In this document: positions 62,137 to 64,000 of the stretch, piece by piece
Position numbering within the stretch: the first letter of the stretch is position 1
Layout: every line of letters starts with the position of its first letter
From: an uncultured Gammaproteobacteria bacterium
GTDB taxonomy: Bacteria > Pseudomonadota > Gammaproteobacteria > DRLM01
Assembly: GCA_963729605.1 (NCBI GenBank)
Contig: CAVSNY010000005.1
Span: 192,001-256,000, forward strand
Length of the DNA: 64,000 nucleotides
Direction of reading: 5' to 3'
Made by a program: the position numbers and the translations under genes
The notes under the pieces: model-generated
Told to the model about the DNA's origin: nothing
The model's input: the letters and a program-made list of their open reading frames with translations, nothing else
The model's database searches: none

Positions 62137-64000
62137 TTAAGCGAGCACAAACCAGCTCAGCAACAGCAACAAGCCGATGATCATCGCGAAGGCATAGTGA
62201 TATAAGAAGCCGGACTGCACAACCCGGATCACGCCCGACAGCCAGCCCACCGTGCGGGCGGTGCCGTTCACCATCACGCCGTCGATCATCGTCACGTCGC
62301 CCATCTTCCACAACGCGCGCCCGGCGGCGCGCCCTCCTCCGGCGAATACCGAATCGTTGAAATCATCGAAACCGTATTTGCGGTCAAGGAGGTTATATAC
62401 CCATTGAAACTTATCCTTGATCCGGCCGGGCAATTCGGGACGCAGCATATACAGGTAATACGCCGTACCCACCCCCGCCGCCGCCAGCCAGAACGGCGCG
62501 GTCATCATGCCGTGCAGCAGAAAACCCATCGCCCCGCTGAAATCCGCGCCGAGCCGCGCCAGCACATCGTGTTGCGGCAACACGAAAATGCTTTCGGCGA
62601 AATACCCCTGAAACAGCACCGGCCCGACGAACATCCAACCCGCCACCACCGAAGGGATGGCGAGCAGGATCAGCGGTATCGTCACCACCGCCGGCGATTC
62701 ATGCAGGTGTTCTTTGGTGTGATGATCCATGCGCTCCTGACCGTGGAACACCAGGAAGAACATGCGGAACGAATACAGCGCGGTCACGAACACGCCGAGC
62801 AGTACGCAAACATAGGCGAAAGTCGAACCGGCGAGTTCGGAATGATGTACCGCCTCGATGATCGCGTCTTTGGAAAAGAAGCCGGAAAAACCGGGGAATC
62901 CGATCAAGGCCAGCGAGCCGATCAACATGCAGATGTAGGTGATCGGCATGTATTTCTTGAGGCCGCCCATCTTGCGGATATCCTGTTCATGATGCATGGC
63001 GATGATCACCGAACCCGCGGCGAGGAACAGCAAGGCCTTGAAGAAGGCATGGGTCATCAGATGGAAGATGCCCGCCGCGTAGGCCGAAGCGCCCAGCGCC
63101 ACGGTCATGTAACCGAGTTGCGACAGCGTGGAATAGGCCACCACCCGCTTGATGTCGTTTTGAATGATGCCGAGGAATCCCATGAACAAGGCGGTGATCG
63201 CGCCGATGATCATCACGAAACTCAAGGCGGTCTCCGACAATTCGAAGAGCGGCGACATGCGCGCCACCATGAAGATGCCGGCGGTGACCATGGTCGCGGC
63301 GTGGATCAGCGCCGAGATCGGGGTCGGGCCTTCCATGGAATCCGGCAGCCAGACATGCAGCGGCACCTGCGCCGATTTACCCATCGCGCCGATGAACAGC
63401 AGGATGCAGATCACCGTAATCAGGTTCCACTCATCCGCGGCGAAGATGCGGATGGTCAAGTCGGTCATCTGCGGCGCGGCGGCGAACACCTCGGCGTAAT
63501 CGAGGGTATTGAAATACACCAGCACCGCGGCGATGCCGAGCAGGAAACCGAAATCGCCGACCCGGTTGACCAGGAAGGCCTTGAGGTTGGCGTAGATCGC
63601 CGTTTCGCGCTTGTACCAGAAACCGATCAGCAGATAGGAGACCAGGCCCACCGCCTCCCAGCCGAAGAACAGCTGGAGGAAGTTGTTGGCCATCACCAGC
63701 ATCAGCATCGAAAAGGTGAACAGCGAAATATAACAGAAAAAACGCTGATAACCGGGGTCGTCGCGCATATAGCCGATGGTGTAGATGTGCACCATCAGCG
63801 AGACGAAGGTCACCACCAGCATCATCAAAGCCGTCAGCCGGTCGATGAGGAAACCGATCTCGAAGCGGATACCGTCGCTCACCATCCAGGTGTAGACCGC
63901 GCCGTTGAAAGCGGGGTTGCCGTCCAGCACGATGTGTTTGAACACCACCAGCGACAGCACGAAGGACACCGCCACGCTGATATTGGTCACCCAATGCGCG
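62137..64000 (-). CDS. nuoL: NADH-quinone oxidoreductase subunit L (5' end outside the window)
   Basis: GKSAQVPLHVWLPDSMEGPTPISALIHAATMV, DIKRVVAYSTLSQLG. Confidence 0.96.
   Translation of the reverse strand, partial: AHWVTNISVAVSFVLSLVVFKHIVLDGNPAFNGAVYTWMVSDGIRFEIGFLIDRLTALMMLVVTFVSLMVHIYTIGYMRDDPGYQRFFCYISLFTFSMLMLVMANNFLQLFFGWEAVGLVSYLLIGFWYKRETAIYANLKAFLVNRVGDFGFLLGIAAVLVYFNTLDYAEVFAAAPQMTDLTIRIFAADEWNLITVICILLFIGAMGKSAQVPLHVWLPDSMEGPTPISALIHAATMVTAGIFMVARMSPLFELSETALSFVMIIGAITALFMGFLGIIQNDIKRVVAYSTLSQLGYMTVALGASAYAAGIFHLMTHAFFKALLFLAAGSVIIAMHHEQDIRKMGGLKKYMPITYICMLIGSLALIGFPGFSGFFSKDAIIEAVHHSELAGSTFAYVCVLLGVFVTALYSFRMFFLVFHGQERMDHHTKEHLHESPAVVTIPLILLAIPSVVAGWMFVGPVLFQGYFAESIFVLPQHDVLARLGADFSGAMGFLLHGMMTAPFWLAAAGVGTAYYLYMLRPELPGRIKDKFQWVYNLLDRKYGFDDFNDSVFAGGGRAAGRALWKMGDVTMIDGVMVNGTARTVGWLSGVIRVVQSGFLYHYAFAMIIGLLLLLSWFVLA

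Overview
High-GC gammaproteobacterial chromosomal segment, mostly housekeeping genes. It contains recJ, tilS-accA-dnaE, rnhB, the lpxB-lpxA-fabZ-lpxD-skp-bamA-rseP-dxr-cdsA-uppS-frr-pyrH-tsf-rpsB cluster, map-glnD-rhombosortase, thrC-hom-alaC, rpoS-nlpD-pcm-surE, signalling genes and nuoN-M-L. There are two accessory parts. (1) About 6 kb splits lpxB from rnhB and carries a RimK-like ATP-grasp ligase, a GNAT/peptidase-C39-like fusion and an M14 carboxypeptidase. (2) A lower-GC island of about 6 kb (36960-43090) is an integrase-less integron cassette array on the minus strand. It has intact, truncated and minimal attC sites, two ~177-bp attI-like platforms each with only a 5' stub of a possible intI, a toxin-antitoxin module bracketed by near-identical REP doublets, and an IS5-family element. 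One cassette could fold into a ~240-nt rod-like RNA that sequesters the RBS of a small ORF and ends in a tRNA T-arm-like motif; this is the best candidate for something undescribed. A palindromic repeat also appears to be inserted in frame inside dnaE. Frameshifts in alaC, hom, nuoM and nuoN most likely reflect sequencing or assembly errors. All calls were made by eye, with no database searches or folding programs.
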